A stretch of DNA of 64,000 nucleotides, taken from Octopus vulgaris. Its lineage: Eukaryota. The notes beneath the pieces were generated by a model. The model was not told the origin of the DNA, searched no databases, and saw only the letters and a program-made list of their open reading frames with translations. Shown here piece after piece: positions 38,574 to 52,320 of the stretch (within the stretch, counting starts at the first letter, position 1; each line of letters starts with the position of its first letter). The stretch covers positions 12,214,001 through 12,278,000 of the forward strand of contig OX597815.1 in NCBI GenBank assembly GCA_951406725.2, in the 5' to 3' direction. The position numbers and the translations under genes are program-made.

Positions 38574-38820
38574 TTATCACCACGCTAACATGTCAGGCCA
38601 GAACAATAGAACGAATGCTGCCGTTAATTGGCTCCAAGAGGCCATGTGACACACAAGCCTGTGTCCATTATAACCTTCGAGCAGGGGAGATCATCAGCTT
38701 CCCCATGCTGATTCAAACATTTACAAACTAGTTTAGGGGTCGCTGTTGACTGTCTCTTCGAACGCTGCAATGGACAGAGGTTTGCTATTTTTCTGGACTG
38801 CCATGTTAGCTTGGCGATAA
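38574..38820. mobile_element. MITE-like element with about 36-bp TIRs
   Basis: Left end ttatcaccacgctaacatgtcaggccagaacaatag versus reverse complement of right end ttatcgccaagctaacatggcagtccagaaaaatag. Confidence 0.75.
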
Positions 38821-39644
38821 TTATATATATATATATATACATATATATACACACACATACCTACACACACATATATATACATATATAGATATATATGTCC
38901 GTATATATATATGTGAATATATATATATATATATAACTATATACATATACATACATTTAGTTATGCACTCACAGACATGATCACACACACAAATATAACA
39001 GCGATAAGTGATTTTCAGTGACCGAGTAAATTACATGTAGAAGAATTATACGCTAAATACCAAGTAAATAAATGGCAGTTAGAAGTATTTATTGGTATTT
39101 ATTACAGTTAATAATTTCACGTGACATATACACAAACAGAACCACACGTTATTTCGTTACAATTAACGAGCTTAGGTCTTTGTTTGTGCTTAACTCTAAT
39201 ATTCCTCCGACTATTGTTTGAGGCCTATCAAACTGACCACTTATATTTCCAACATTTACCATAATATCAGCTTCTGAGAACATTATGGTAATTCTGACAA
39301 CACTATAACTCTAATTCAAAAGAGCTTGTATTTGCCAAAATGATGGACATTATACTATTTTCTATCTGCTTGTGTGTTCTCGCTTCAGTATCACCACCTG
39401 CGAAATCGTAGCTTATTATAACAAAGATTCAAAAAGGCATACACGTGCACATCCATGTACACACTAGATAAAATATCTTATTTTTTCTAAGCACGGCCGC
39501 TAAGCCTAAAAATAATCTACATCTTCGTATTTATACCAAGCAACTTATAATCATACACTGTTTTTGATGTTTCTTCTGCTGATAGACCTCTCAGACAGCA
39601 GGCTTAAATTTTACCCACACATAATCTAGAGAATTATAATATTT

Positions 39645-39850
39645 CAAATTTTAGCACAAAGTGAGAAACCTCGAGGAATGATATATGAATTACATCGATT
39701 CCAGTGTCAACTCGTACTTACTTTATTGACACAGAAATGATTATAGGAACGTGGAACTCCGCGAAATTTTGATTCAGAACCCAAAGATAGACGAAATGCC
39801 GCTAGGACCTTTGTCCGACGCGCTAACATTGCTGCCAGGTTGCCTCCTAA
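39645..39850 (-). mobile_element. SINE family B, degenerate
   Basis: Contains ttacatcgattccagtg...cgcgctaacattgctgccaggttgcctcct. Confidence 0.7.
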
Positions 39851-40021
39851 GTAAAAATTAGAATATTATTTACTTAATCGTGCAAACATACATAATCTCG
39901 CAAAATAACATCTAATATGCACGTATAAGCATGACGAGGCCAATACGTTCAATGACCTTTGATTAACGTATACTTAGAAAAGACGAGGAGTATGGTAAGG
40001 AGATGTTAACATATATATATA

Positions 40022-40239
40022 TGGCAGAACTGTTAGCACGCCGGGCGAAATGCGTAGCCGTGTTTTGTCTGCCGTTACATTCTGAGTTCAAATTCCGCCG
40101 AGGTCGACTTTGCCTTTCATCCCTTCGGGGTCGATAAATTAAGTACGAGTTACGCACTGGGGTCGATGTAATCGACTTAATCCATTTGTCTGACCTTGTT
40201 TGTCCCCCTGTATGTTTAGCCCCTTGTGGGTAATAAAAA

Positions 40240-40242
<3 letters not shown>
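40022..40242 (+). mobile_element. SINE family B, near full length, between (TA)n runs
   Basis: Reads tggcagaactgttagcacgccgggcgaaatgc...gagttcaaattccgccgaggtcgac...agccccttgtgggtaataaa. Confidence 0.9.
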
Positions 40243-40278
<36 letters not shown>

Positions 40279-40665
40279 TAATACAATGAGCATCTAGTAT
40301 AGCAAGTGCCTATAAATATACTATAAAACCATATACATGTAATGTAATTTTGAAAATATCTTCCAAAGTGCAGCTTGATTAGGCCAATTGTTTCACATGA
40401 ACAACACAAAGTTAAAAACTGCAATAATAAGATTCACGTGACTTTGACGTGGTCTTTGAATTGCCAGCTTTCTTTTACATAGAATCCAAAGCTGTCCCTC
40501 CAGCACAAATGATACTAGATGTCAAGGAGAAAATGGCAGCAGGAACTTGAAGCAAACGCAATTTCCAACAAAACTAATGAATCCTTCGCATCCCGCTGGG
40601 ACCAAGATAAAAAATCTATGGAACAAACAAGTGCGCACACAGATATGTATATGTATACATTCCAC

Positions 40666-40717
<52 letters not shown>

Positions 40718-40727
40718 ATTATTATTA

Positions 40728-41224
40728 TAAAAATTCTTCTTTCAAATTTGCTTCCATTTCTTGCCGAGTGTCTTCCCGACTCCTAGGGCAAAGAAACTCA
40801 TAGTATACATTGGTAGGCCATTAAACCAAACTCAATAGTTCGTTCATTTTTTTAAGTTAAATTAAAATACATGAGCAGCAACAGTTCTCACATCGACAAT
40901 GCTCTTCTCAATACGTGTGATGTACCAGTTAAGACAATCTTTTGCGCTTCTTGCAGGGATGGTAAGCCAGGGATCATTCTCATATAATTTTCGGTTCCCT
41001 TCTTGATCATTCCTAGTGCTCCTACGATCACTGGTATTGTAACCGCCTTGAGATGCCACATTTTCTCAATTTCAATAAGTAGGTCTTTATATTTTCTGAG
41101 CTTGTCAAACTCTTTCGCTGAGATATTATGATCACAGGGGATGCTCATGTCGATCAATAAGCAAACTTTATTGTTTTGGTCTTTCACAACAATATCTGGT
41201 TTATTGGCCTTGATGGTTCTGTCT
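40728..41224 (-). mobile_element. R4/Dong-type retrotransposon 3' end with intact RLE endonuclease frame
   Basis: DRTIKANKPDIVVKDQNNKVCLLIDMSIPCDHNISAKEFDKLRKY...PVIVGALG...QKIVLTGTSHVLRRALSM* (PD..D..K restriction-like endonuclease). Ends in (TAA)n at 40711-40728; (TAA)n also lies upstream at 41253-41310. Confidence 0.92.
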
Positions 41225-41251
41225 TATGTATGTATGTATGTATGTATGTAT

Positions 41252-41310
<59 letters not shown>

Positions 41311-41776
41311 AATAATAATAATAAAATGAGTATAAATTTCCTTCTTAAAAAGATGTTATAATCTGCAAAGAGCCTCAATGCCTAACACGGCTATCAGCAA
41401 GATTATCAAAGACACAAATCATAAATAATTTATTTAAAAATCAATTCTGATCGACGGTGTTATTGACTCGACCTACCAATATTTTCCCCGGAGTCACCCT
41501 TTCCAACACGTTGATTTCCACACAGCCAATGAGTCCCTGACTCACAAAATTTTTGCAGCACCTTCCTTTAGATTCTCGAATAATTCTATCCTTGAATTTA
41601 CTTTGACCCTATAGTCAATGGGGTGGTTGCTAATTACAACTGCATTTATTACGATTTAACCAACACCATCCTATCATCTACCATTTTTTTGGTTGATTCT
41701 ATGTTGCAGGTAGCCTCCATTTAGACTTGACTATATGCTTACAAACATGCACATATATGCATACGCATATGCAGTC

Positions 41777-41834
<58 letters not shown>

Positions 41835-41847
<13 letters not shown>

Positions 41848-42010
41848 CCGTTCTGTCTGTTTGTGTGTGTGTCTTCTTGGATCTCGGGTATCCTCCAACC
41901 GATTGCGCTCAAATTTGATATGTAGATACCGACGGTATCAGGGCGTTTATAAGTCTTGAAGAATTTACAAAAATCGATTCCAGGTGAGAATGCGATCGAT
42001 AAAGCCGCTT
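41835..42010 (+). mobile_element. Possible non-autonomous Helitron-type 5' end
   Basis: tatatataaaa, then a ctgtctgtttgtgtg microsatellite, then aaccgattgcgctcaaattt: a layout typical of invertebrate non-autonomous Helitrons. No 3' hairpin-CTAG was located. Confidence 0.35.
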
Positions 42011-42438
42011 TTGTCCTGCTTCCGTCAACCTGTAGAGAAATGGACCTTCCATTTTTTTGTTAAAGGCACATTTCTTTCCTGCCAAACTTACTTTTTAAAC
42101 CATGTTTGTGTTCTCCCAGTTAAGAGCTTTATCATTACTGGTATTTTAAACTCTTCGATTGCATATTTGTGTGAATAAAATCGTTTTTCTTTGGAATAGA
42201 AAAAAGTCTATTTTATTTCTTCTTTAGCTGCTGTCTCAAATTTAGGTTAAATCAATGTTTCTCACAGGGGAGACCTATGGGACGGTTACACAAGTTGTTT
42301 TGAGAAAATGTCTTTTAAATGTTTGACAACTCAACACCATCCATTTGACGGGGGGCGTTTTGTTCGTACATATATATATGTATATATATATGATTCTCTT
42401 TATGTTTGTGTATGTGTGTGTATAAATGTATGCATATA

Positions 42439-42469
<31 letters not shown>

Positions 42470-42521
42470 CATATATACAAATATATTTGTCTATGTTTAT
42501 GAGTGCGTATGTGTGTGTATG

Positions 42522-42553
<32 letters not shown>

Positions 42554-42670
42554 TGTATGTATCTATCTATCTCTCTCTCTCTACACACACACACATACAT
42601 ACGTATATATATATTTATATTTACATGTATAAGTACATAAACACATGCACATTTCTGTGTGATATATAAC

Positions 42671-42781
42671 AATTTTAATGATTCGTGACGGATTGTAATC
42701 TGTTTGTTCCTACTGATCTTTTCGTTTAACTTATTCCAGATGAACGAAGCCGATTGAAATTAGTCACGAATCATTAAAATT
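42671..42781. mobile_element. Small MITE-like element with 19-bp perfect TIR
   Basis: aattttaatgattcgtgac ... gtcacgaatcattaaaatt. Confidence 0.6.
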
Positions 42782-43012
42782 AATATATGCATATGTGCAT
42801 TTGTTTGTTAGTGAATATGCGTGTACATGTGTTTGTGCAACGACGATTCTTAGTATGAGTTTTAGAACTTTCATATATGTGTATCTATATCCGTCTAGTA
42901 TCTATATATTTATACACATACGTCCTTATATTTATGCGTGTGTGCATGTATGTATGAATATATACACATTCATATGTGTGCATGCATATATATGTATATA
43001 TATATATATACG

Positions 43013-43145
<133 letters not shown>

Positions 43146-46100
43146 ATATATGCATGTATTTATGCGATATAAGAGTTGCAAACAGAGTTTTGCCGAGCTC
43201 ATATCACATAAACAGGACATAGTCGATAATAACATCTTAAGTATACAATGTTAGAAGATTGAAATAAAAATTAATCGAAATATCTTGATAATACTGCTGG
43301 AATATGTTGATTATAAACACACTAGATTATGTTTTGCTTTGAATTTAGCAATAGATAATACAAGAAGAGATCAACTAAGGCATTTTCTACCTCTGACCCT
43401 TATATCAGCAGAGTACATCGATATGATTACAACCTTTGCTTGAATTAGAAACCAATTATTCATCACATGACGCTCACATTCACAAAGTAAAACGACTTAG
43501 TGCAATGTAGTGCAACATAGTCATTTAAATATAAATATAAACGAAAGGAATATTTTTGATCATCGCCCGTGGAACACACATCGTCGGTGAACGAGCCAAG
43601 GCGTTCACTAATTCATAGTCACTAAGCCTCTTTAAGCACTAAAATTTGATTCAATTCGCGCGCTATTTTTTAGAAGCACAAAATGAACATCGGATTTCTC
43701 AATAAAAATTCTAAATATACAAAATCTAAAGAAAGCGTCAATGTTGACAGCTGTAACAATCAGAGCTAGCGTTGTGCTGAACACAAGCAACAAGAACAAG
43801 AATAACTGTAATATGAACAACAGAATGCGAAGAGAAACGTACCAAAGAACCCTCAATCTGTCTAACAACAGCGATGTCATAAGCTACAAACAGCTATGAA
43901 CAAGATGTGCAAAAATAAACAATTAAAGTAAAATAAATACTAAAGTTAAATTTAAAACTCTAATTTAACTAATGGAGGTTAAGGTGTGTTAAGAAATTGA
44001 ATGAAATAAAGTGTTTAAGTAAATATAAATAATGATGTTATCCATGTTGAAATTGTAAAATCATGATCATGAAAGGAAAAGAAAACTGGGAAAGAAAAGG
44101 CGACCTTGCATAAATAAAGGCATTCTAAAGTTAAAAGGATATCATGTATGGAGAAGGGGAAAAAACAAATGCATTATTTATAGATAATTATTGTAAGGTG
44201 AATTTAATTATTAATTGTCAGTAAATAATCAGTAGGTTATGTTAGACATTGATTGCAAGAAATATTCTTTTCAGATACTCCGAAATAATGTAGGAAAACC
44301 CGAATTTTCTCTAAATTATATCTGTGACCTGCGGAGAACAATCCATCTATATTATACTGGATTATTCAAAAATAATGAATCGATTTCATGACGCAATATT
44401 TTAATAAGGAAAAGCAATAGAAAACTCCCGCTAAATAACAAGTATTTACTCACAATCAACTTTACAATGCCAGATAAATGCAACACTGTCCCTTAGATTT
44501 TATCCTTCTTCCTTATTTTGTTTTTTGTTGAAACCATTTCTTCTGAGTCACTCCACCTTGGTAGCTTGTGAAACCTATTCATTGCAATTGGCGGTGGGGG
44601 TAAACTAAAATGTCGTTTGCTGTAATTGGTTTTAACTGCAAGTTACTTCTGATTGAGTAAGACCTAAAATCGAAGTTATTGAAGCCATGATTATTTTCTG
44701 TTTATTACTGATGATTTACCTATTTATTTTGTTGATAATATTCCTCAGATTATATTATATAGTATTAGGAAATAGAAAATTGTACCTTGGCGCAGATTGG
44801 TTGCTATTTCACGCTAGTCGGTCGATGACAAATATTTTTGTTGGTTTATAAAGAATCAGTTAAGTTATAAAATCGATTAACTCGCTCTTACCCTCCCTTG
44901 CCAATGTCTGGCCTTGTGCTTATGTTAGAAATCAATATTAGACGTAAAAATAATCAACAAAATGAGAAATTATCAACAGTACTAATTCTAAGAATTTATT
45001 GCTAGGCAATAATGAAGTCGCTCAAATAGATAAACTTCTTCCTAGTGAAGATCGAAAGTTCTGGAAAATAATTATAATTTTTTCTGGTTTATTACTTCCC
45101 ACAATAAAACGTCAATGAATAATTTTCTGGTTCCGTTGTACAGATATATGAAATATTTTTCAACTGTCAAATAATAAATGTATATAAAGACTTTAATGGC
45201 TAAAATAGTGAGTTTCCGCTTTTATAGAGACATGGGAAAATGGATGAGGTAGACGATAAGCATATTTGTGAATTCTACTTTGATACTTTTTATATGTACA
45301 ATAAGAAAGATATAAATTCAGTGAAGGAAGACACGAGGAATTAGGTAGAGAGGAGGGTGAGAGTGAAAAATGTATAAAAAATATTATATGGCTAAATGGA
45401 AAAAATTGTTAGAAGGGAATGGTTATATAAGTGACTGGTTTAAAGGAAAGAAAAGAAAAAATAATTTGTAATTTAATGGCTATTTAAAAAGGAATCGGAT
45501 TTTTAAGGAAGAAATGTCCATATCATATTTCTTTTTTTACTGGTTTAAAGTTAGCAACAGACTTAACTGCATGCACAGAGTTATGGAAGATACCATGCTA
45601 CACATATACAGTTTTACAGGTGTCTGTATGTGCATACACATATACAAGAGTATACTTATGAATGTTTACATTTTACTTGTTTGCCATCGGAAGGTGATCA
45701 TGTATGGGCACGATATATATATTATATATATATATATATATAATACACACAGATAACGCCCACACGCAAACCTACACATCCGCACACGCACACGCAGATA
45801 CAAATACACATACGCACACACATATTTATATATGAACATTCATACACACAACATACACACGTATATATTTATGTGTGTATATGTATACACACATACACAC
45901 ATATATATATATATGTACATATGTATGTATACACAGAAGCGCGCGGACATACGCACACACATGCATACCTATGCATGTATTCACCAGTTTTAAACTATTA
46001 CCAGATACTATCGTATATACAATATGTATATTGCTATTTGACGGGTAACGTTAAAAGCATAATTTTGGTACCCTGGTTAATATCAGGAAATATTCTATAC

Positions 46101-47779
46101 GAAAAATATATATATGTTAACATTTCGTGCAAAGAAATTTTATATGCTACTACACCATTGGAAGCTGTGCTCTCCACTGTGTAAAACTATTAACTCTATC
46201 GTACCGCAAGCTCAAATTACCACAATTATGTGTTATTTATTCAGCGAGGTGAAATTTTAGTTTTCAAACTAAAGATTGCTGAGAAATACTAAGTACTAGA
46301 CTATCTTATATTCTCTAACGGTGACTTTTTAATCAGTATATCTATGATTTATCTCACTATTTCTAAGCTATTAGAAAATAATCCTTAATTTGATAGGAAA
46401 AATATCCATTGAATATTTTCGAGTCAAGCGAAAACAGAAAAAACAATAACCAAGCTAAGGTTTATTTCTTTGCTACGTCTTATTTCCAAGATCAAATTTC
46501 CAATTAGGCTACTAAACTTATTTCATTAGCCTGCAATCGATAAATGACAGACTACATCTAATGAAACAGCAGCCGTAAGGAATAGAATATGCTTATAACT
46601 GCAGCTATTTCAGTGTAATTACGAAATTAACCTAACTCGGTTTCAGTCTGCTCTCTTGATTGACATTCTGACCCACATATTGTACCCTGCACGTCTTAAT
46701 CAAAACATGACTCAAAGGCGTTAATCACTTAGAGATATTAAGAGTTAAATGGATGTCTTGAAATGATAATCACTGAGTAGAAACAGCTCTGACAAAGGAC
46801 ACACATAATGGACTCTTATCGATCTTTCTACCAAACAAAGCTGTCGTTTTACTTTAGACTGACCACACCTTTATTAATATATGTCTACAAATTTATCGAA
46901 AGGTGTGCCGTTTATGTTATTTGTAAATAAAAGTCAAATGAGAATTTAAAGGTCATTAGAAATTAGAAATGACTTTTGCTTCCGTGTGAGCGTAATCTTT
47001 GTAAAAGATGTGTTGCAAAGTAGTTTTGATAAGACAATAAACGGAAAATAAGAGAAGATAACTACACATTTCAGATATAAACGAATCGGCGCCATATAAT
47101 TAATGTTCTATGTAATTCAAATATAAATAGGCTTTATTATATATTTTATAGTCAATAACAGGCCTAAATATTTCATATACTATAATTACCTCTACTTAAC
47201 ATATTGATGAATGATAATTGCTACATATATATGAGTATGTGAGTTTGTGTGTCAGTGTCGTATGTGTGCGTGTGTCCGTAAATGTGTGTGAATGCGTGGG
47301 AATTGTCTGAGTACACATACACACATACATGTCAATGTAAATGCGCCGCCTACTTATTCGACTGTGAGTACTCCAGTTGTCTTATCAACTAACAGTACAC
47401 ATTTTCTCACGTAGTCTGGCGAAATGTGAAGCAGACATTAATTTTTCACAAGTCGCCGAGAAATGTAGTACTGCTTTCTCAGTATTGTAATTTAGTCTGA
47501 AACCTTGCAAAAGAACGGATTCATTAACGTCCCGCTATGCCGTAAAAACACTCTGCATCTTAAGGCTACTATTCAAAAACACTTAAGTGGGACTTTAACA
47601 CAGGATATAAAGACTCGGAGCAATATCTCGCAATAACTTGCCATACCAACGCCTTACATTTGTACTTTTAGTTAAACGAACTTTTAAGAGTATCATGTTT
47701 TAAGGGTTACTAGCAAGCTGGCTACATCGCCCTTTAAATGAATATTTACAAATATGATACTGTATGAAATATGATGTCT

Positions 47780-47985
47780 AAGGTGGCAAATTAGCAGAAT
47801 CGTGAGCGCGTCGAAGAAAATGCATAGCTCCATTTTTTTCTGGATCTTTACATTCTGAGTTCAAATTTCAACATGGTAATATTCGGAGCTAAATAATAAA
47901 GTATTATCCCAGTACTTTGGTCGATATAGTCCACTTGATACCCTGCCCTCAAAATTTTTACTCTTGTGTTAATATTAGAAAGAAC
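47780..47985 (+). mobile_element. SINE family B, degenerate
   Basis: Contains aaggtggcaaattagcagaatcg...cattctgagttcaaattt. Confidence 0.65.
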
Positions 47986-48102
47986 TAAATGTGCTATTTA
48001 TTCAGTTTTACATGATTCAAAAGAATTCTTAGACTCTTAATCTTTCAAAGAACAATTACAGTTGAAAAGTGACTTGGAAATATATACATACATACAAACA
48101 CA

Positions 48103-48133
<31 letters not shown>

Positions 48134-48262
48134 GCATATATATATGTGTGTGTGTGTGCAAACTAAATAAAGACAAGTAACATAAAATGAGAGTAGAATG
48201 AAATGGTGGAATTTAAAACTATTTCGTTAAAAAAATATCATAGATAAAACCGAAAAAGTAAG

Positions 48263-49004
48263 ATTATTGAAACAAACACGTTAATTTTGCTTTTTGATAA
48301 GAAAAACTCAAGTTCTACTTAGTCTATGATTAACATGAAAAAAAATTGTTTGAATTATATATGGTACTTGCACCAGAAATATTTTAAGAAATGTAAAGCA
48401 CAGACACACACAAAAAAAAAACAGAGGTTAACAAAACCTGTTAATATAGATACTAACTTTAGATAAACAGGATGTGGAATTTTTCTCAGTCTTTTCGAAA
48501 GCAATACACAATACATAATTTGTTTGGTGACGAGATATAGGAATAAAAGGAAATGAGTGAGAGCATAACACTTTTTTAATGATATAACATCACCGTTTAA
48601 AAAAAATGATTGAAATGAAAACAGCAATAGACTGCTCGACCAATGGAACAATATTTGAATAAGAAATGAAAAATATTTAAAAAGAAAAGTGTACTGAATA
48701 ACGCATAGTAAAATAATAAGGTCTAAGTCGGGTTTTCATTGTTGAAGAGGTAGGTAAATTATAAAGACACATATAACATGTGGCTGCGAATATCAATGCG
48801 GTGGTAAACGTGACGGACATAGTTCAGAATAAAAGCTCTAAAGAAACTTGAGGTAATGGTATATACCAGTGAATTTTTGCCAAAATACATTTCCAGCTAT
48901 GGTCAATTATTGAAACTAACACGTTAATTTTGCTTTTTGATAAGAAAAACTCTAGTTCTACTTAGTCTTTGATTAACATGAAAAAATATTTTTTGAATTA
49001 TATA
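48263..49004. repeat. About 100-bp direct repeat pair (48263-48362 and 48906-49004)
   Basis: attattgaaac.aacacgttaattttgctttttgataagaaaaactc.agttctacttagtc... occurs twice with few mismatches. Confidence 0.9.
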
Positions 49005-50624
49005 TAGGATCAGTGAAAATTGAACTTAAAATAGAATATAAATGAATGACCGCATTCAAGTATGCATTTTAATATCATAACCAGTGTGTGTGAGTGCATG
49101 TACGTGTATATGTAACTATAACACACATGGTATTAATGATTTGTAGAGACACCGTATTTCGATAGACAATCATAATAATATACTACAAATATATTAAACG
49201 CTTTCATAAGCCAATATGCGTTCTACTGTGTTAGCAGTGCTATTAAATGATATGCTACGGTTATCTCTACAGATTTTCTGGAGAAATTATAGCCAATACT
49301 GATTTTGTAATGACCTTCCATATCCAAAGAAGTATAATGTAAATAACAATTAGACCGAGGACGAAAAATGCGTAATGGATGTGTAGGTCATATTTCAGGA
49401 GTTTTGCTCTTAAATCAGCACCCATCCAACCCATTATCCACCCACAAAGGTATCGTTTAAATAGCCACTAAATCTAGCGGTGTAACATTAATGGATATAT
49501 TAGTTTTACATGTTCGACACGTCCCTGGAAGGTGTTACGTAAATATTAATGATTTGTGGGGATACCGTTTTCAGTGTTGTGGGGCCAGATATTCAATTAA
49601 AAGGCTTAATATGCAAAGAAGGTAATAGGACGGCTGACCTGGTTACAAAAGAATCAAACCCGTAGTAAGGTACATTTACATGCAAAGGCACAGCAAATAA
49701 GAGAACCATGCTGGGGACCAATCCATGTATATAAACTTCACGCCAATACATCGGGAATATATTACTTCCATACACGAGAAAATCATGATGAGATAATGTG
49801 AGACAAACACGAAATATTTTGTATATAAGCTAGTAAGCAGTTTTTCCAAGATTCTTTAGTATATATACGCTTCTTTAGGTAAGTATGTCACTTTGGAAGT
49901 AATTCAACTCTATTAGCAGTTCTTCAAAACTTTAATGACGTCAAATAAGCAAGGAACAAATCTATGACTTAATTAAACATTTACTCAAACTTGCCAAGAA
50001 CTGATTTGGTCTGGAGATAAAAGTTTGACCAACGGATTCTTCGCTTGAACAACAATTAATCAGTGAGTAGATATATCAACAGGCATTAATCTATCGAATT
50101 AGTCGCTCCAAATTATCTCATCCATCAGCAGTTACCTTACTTTTCGTTTACTGTCTTAGGCCAAAGACGGAGCAAGCATTTATACGCACACATATATAAA
50201 GAAGTATAATTTATACACGCACGCACACATACGCGCGGACACACACAACACACACATATAGACATTCGTGTGAGTTGCATTTCATGCGCACGCGTGAAAG
50301 CACATATAAAACACACACATGAATAACAAGTACATCTACTTTTCTCACTTTTTCTATATATATGTATCATATATTAATATATATTTACATGAATACGCTC
50401 GCACACACATACACGTACATATGTATATATATGTATTCATGTATATATATATACAGATACTAAAATATATGCACATATATGCAAGTCTGTGAATATATGG
50501 CAGTTAAGAGGAAGAAGCTGGCCAAATTGCAAACAAGATTTCGATGTTCAAGATTAGGATACACTAATGAAGGATGATAAAATAAAGGCTGATAAATGTT
50601 GATCACAGTCCATTGAATTATGTA

Positions 50625-50672
<48 letters not shown>

Positions 50673-50697
50673 TAGATAGATATAGCTATATAGATAT

Positions 50698-51099
50698 TCT
50701 CTTTCTCTTTTACTTGTTTCAGTCATTTGACTGCGGCCATGCTGGAGCACCGCCTTTAATCGAGCAACTCGACCCCGAGACTTATTCTTTGTAAGCCCAG
50801 TACTTATTCTATCGGTCTCTTTTTTGCCGAACCGCTAAGTGACGGGGACGTAAACACACCAGCATCGGTTGTCAAGCAATGCTAGGGGAACAAACACAGA
50901 CACACAAACAAACACATATATATATATACATATATACGACAGGCTTCTTTCAGTTTCCGTCTACCAAATCCACTCACGAGGCATTGGTCGGCCCGGGGCT
51001 ATAGCAGAAGACACTTGCCCAAGATGCCACACAGTGGGACTGAACCCGGAACCATGTGGTTGGTTAGCAAGCTACTTACCACACAGCCACTCCTGCGCC
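50698..51099 (-). mobile_element. SINE family A, full length, 9-bp TSD
   Basis: Head ggcgcaggagtggctgtgtgg on the minus strand; TATAGATAT at 50689-50697 and 51100-51108. Confidence 0.93.
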
Positions 51100-51294
51100 T
51101 ATAGATATGTAACTAAATTAAATTACCTCAAGACGAAACTTATCGCAGTATTTCGCTTCCTATTTCACATCCGTGTGGCTAAAGTCTGAAAGCAAATGAT
51201 TACATTTACCAATTACAGCTGTCTTAGTACATACATAAGGAATAAATACTGTTGAAAATGCTATAAAGCAATTATGCGCATGGAATAACTGGAC

Positions 51295-51353
<59 letters not shown>

Positions 51354-51752
51354 ACATACGTGCCATCTTTGCTACGTTCACCCATCTTTATTTTTCCGAA
51401 TGTTTCAAATCATGATATGTGAATGTAGCAAGTATGGTACGCATAAATGACGAAGCCACCTTGTGCATAGTCCTATGGACCCGTAACAAATTATAACAGA
51501 GTTACTTACTTGCAAATAAATGTGTTAACATGTGGCATTATTGACCGAGGTCACCGTAGTCTTTTCCGTAAGCTGTTCTTTCCACGGATAAACATTATCT
51601 GTTTCCCTCTTTACACTTTACATCTTGACATTTGTGTGATACACGATTCCTATTGATCGAAAACCTACCTCCATATTTTTCTCCCCAAAAAGAAAAGCTC
51701 TACTTTGCAATCTGCCCCGTCAGTATTCAGCCAGGTGTGGCTAATAAAGAAA
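51354..51752 (+). mobile_element. Second, shorter copy of the Tx1-like LINE 3' end
   Basis: Homologous to 20250-20675 (aatgacgaagcc, ttgaccgagg.accgt.gtcttttccgta, ccccaaaaagaaaagctctac, gtgtggctaataaagaaa). Flanked by (TATC)n upstream and (TC)/(TATC)n downstream. Confidence 0.88.
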
Positions 51753-51862
51753 TCTCTCTCCCTCTCTCTCTCACTCTCTCTCTATCTATCTATCTACCTA
51801 TCTATCTATCTGTCTGTCTGTCTATCTATCTATCTACCTATCAGCCTCTCTCTCTCTCTCAC

Positions 51863-51906
<44 letters not shown>

Positions 51907-51907
<1 letters not shown>

Positions 51908-52320
51908 TCTTTTACTCTTTTACTTGTTTCAGTCATTTGACTGCGGCCATGTTGGAGCACCACCTTTAGTCGAGCAAATCGACCCCGGGACATATTCTTT
52001 GTAAGCCCAGTACTTATTCTATCTGTCTCTTTTGCCGAACCGCTAATTGACGGGGGACGTAAACACACCAGCATCGGTTGTCAAGCAATGCTAGGGGGAC
52101 AAACACAGACACACAAACACACATACATACATACATATATATACATATACATATATACGACAGGCTTCTTTCAGTTTCCGCCTACCAAATCCACTCACAA
52201 GGCATTGGTCTGCACGGGGCTATAGCAGAAGACACTTGCCCAAGGTGCCACGAAGTGGGATTGAACCCGGAACGATGTGGTTGGTTAGCAAGCTACTTAC
52301 CACACAGCCACTCCTGCGCC
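51907..52320 (-). mobile_element. SINE family A, full length, within (TA)n
   Basis: Near-identical layout to 50698-51099. Confidence 0.93.

Noticed and set aside
43580-43625. Hairpin gtgaacg-agccaagg-cgttcac as an rRNA fragment or Helitron 3' end
   Set aside because: Only a 7-bp stem, no extended rRNA similarity and no properly placed CTAG terminus.
49574-49621. Possible micro-exon (ttttcag...gtaata) encoding CCGARYS
   Set aside because: Weak splice signals are common by chance; there is no partner exon or recognisable domain.
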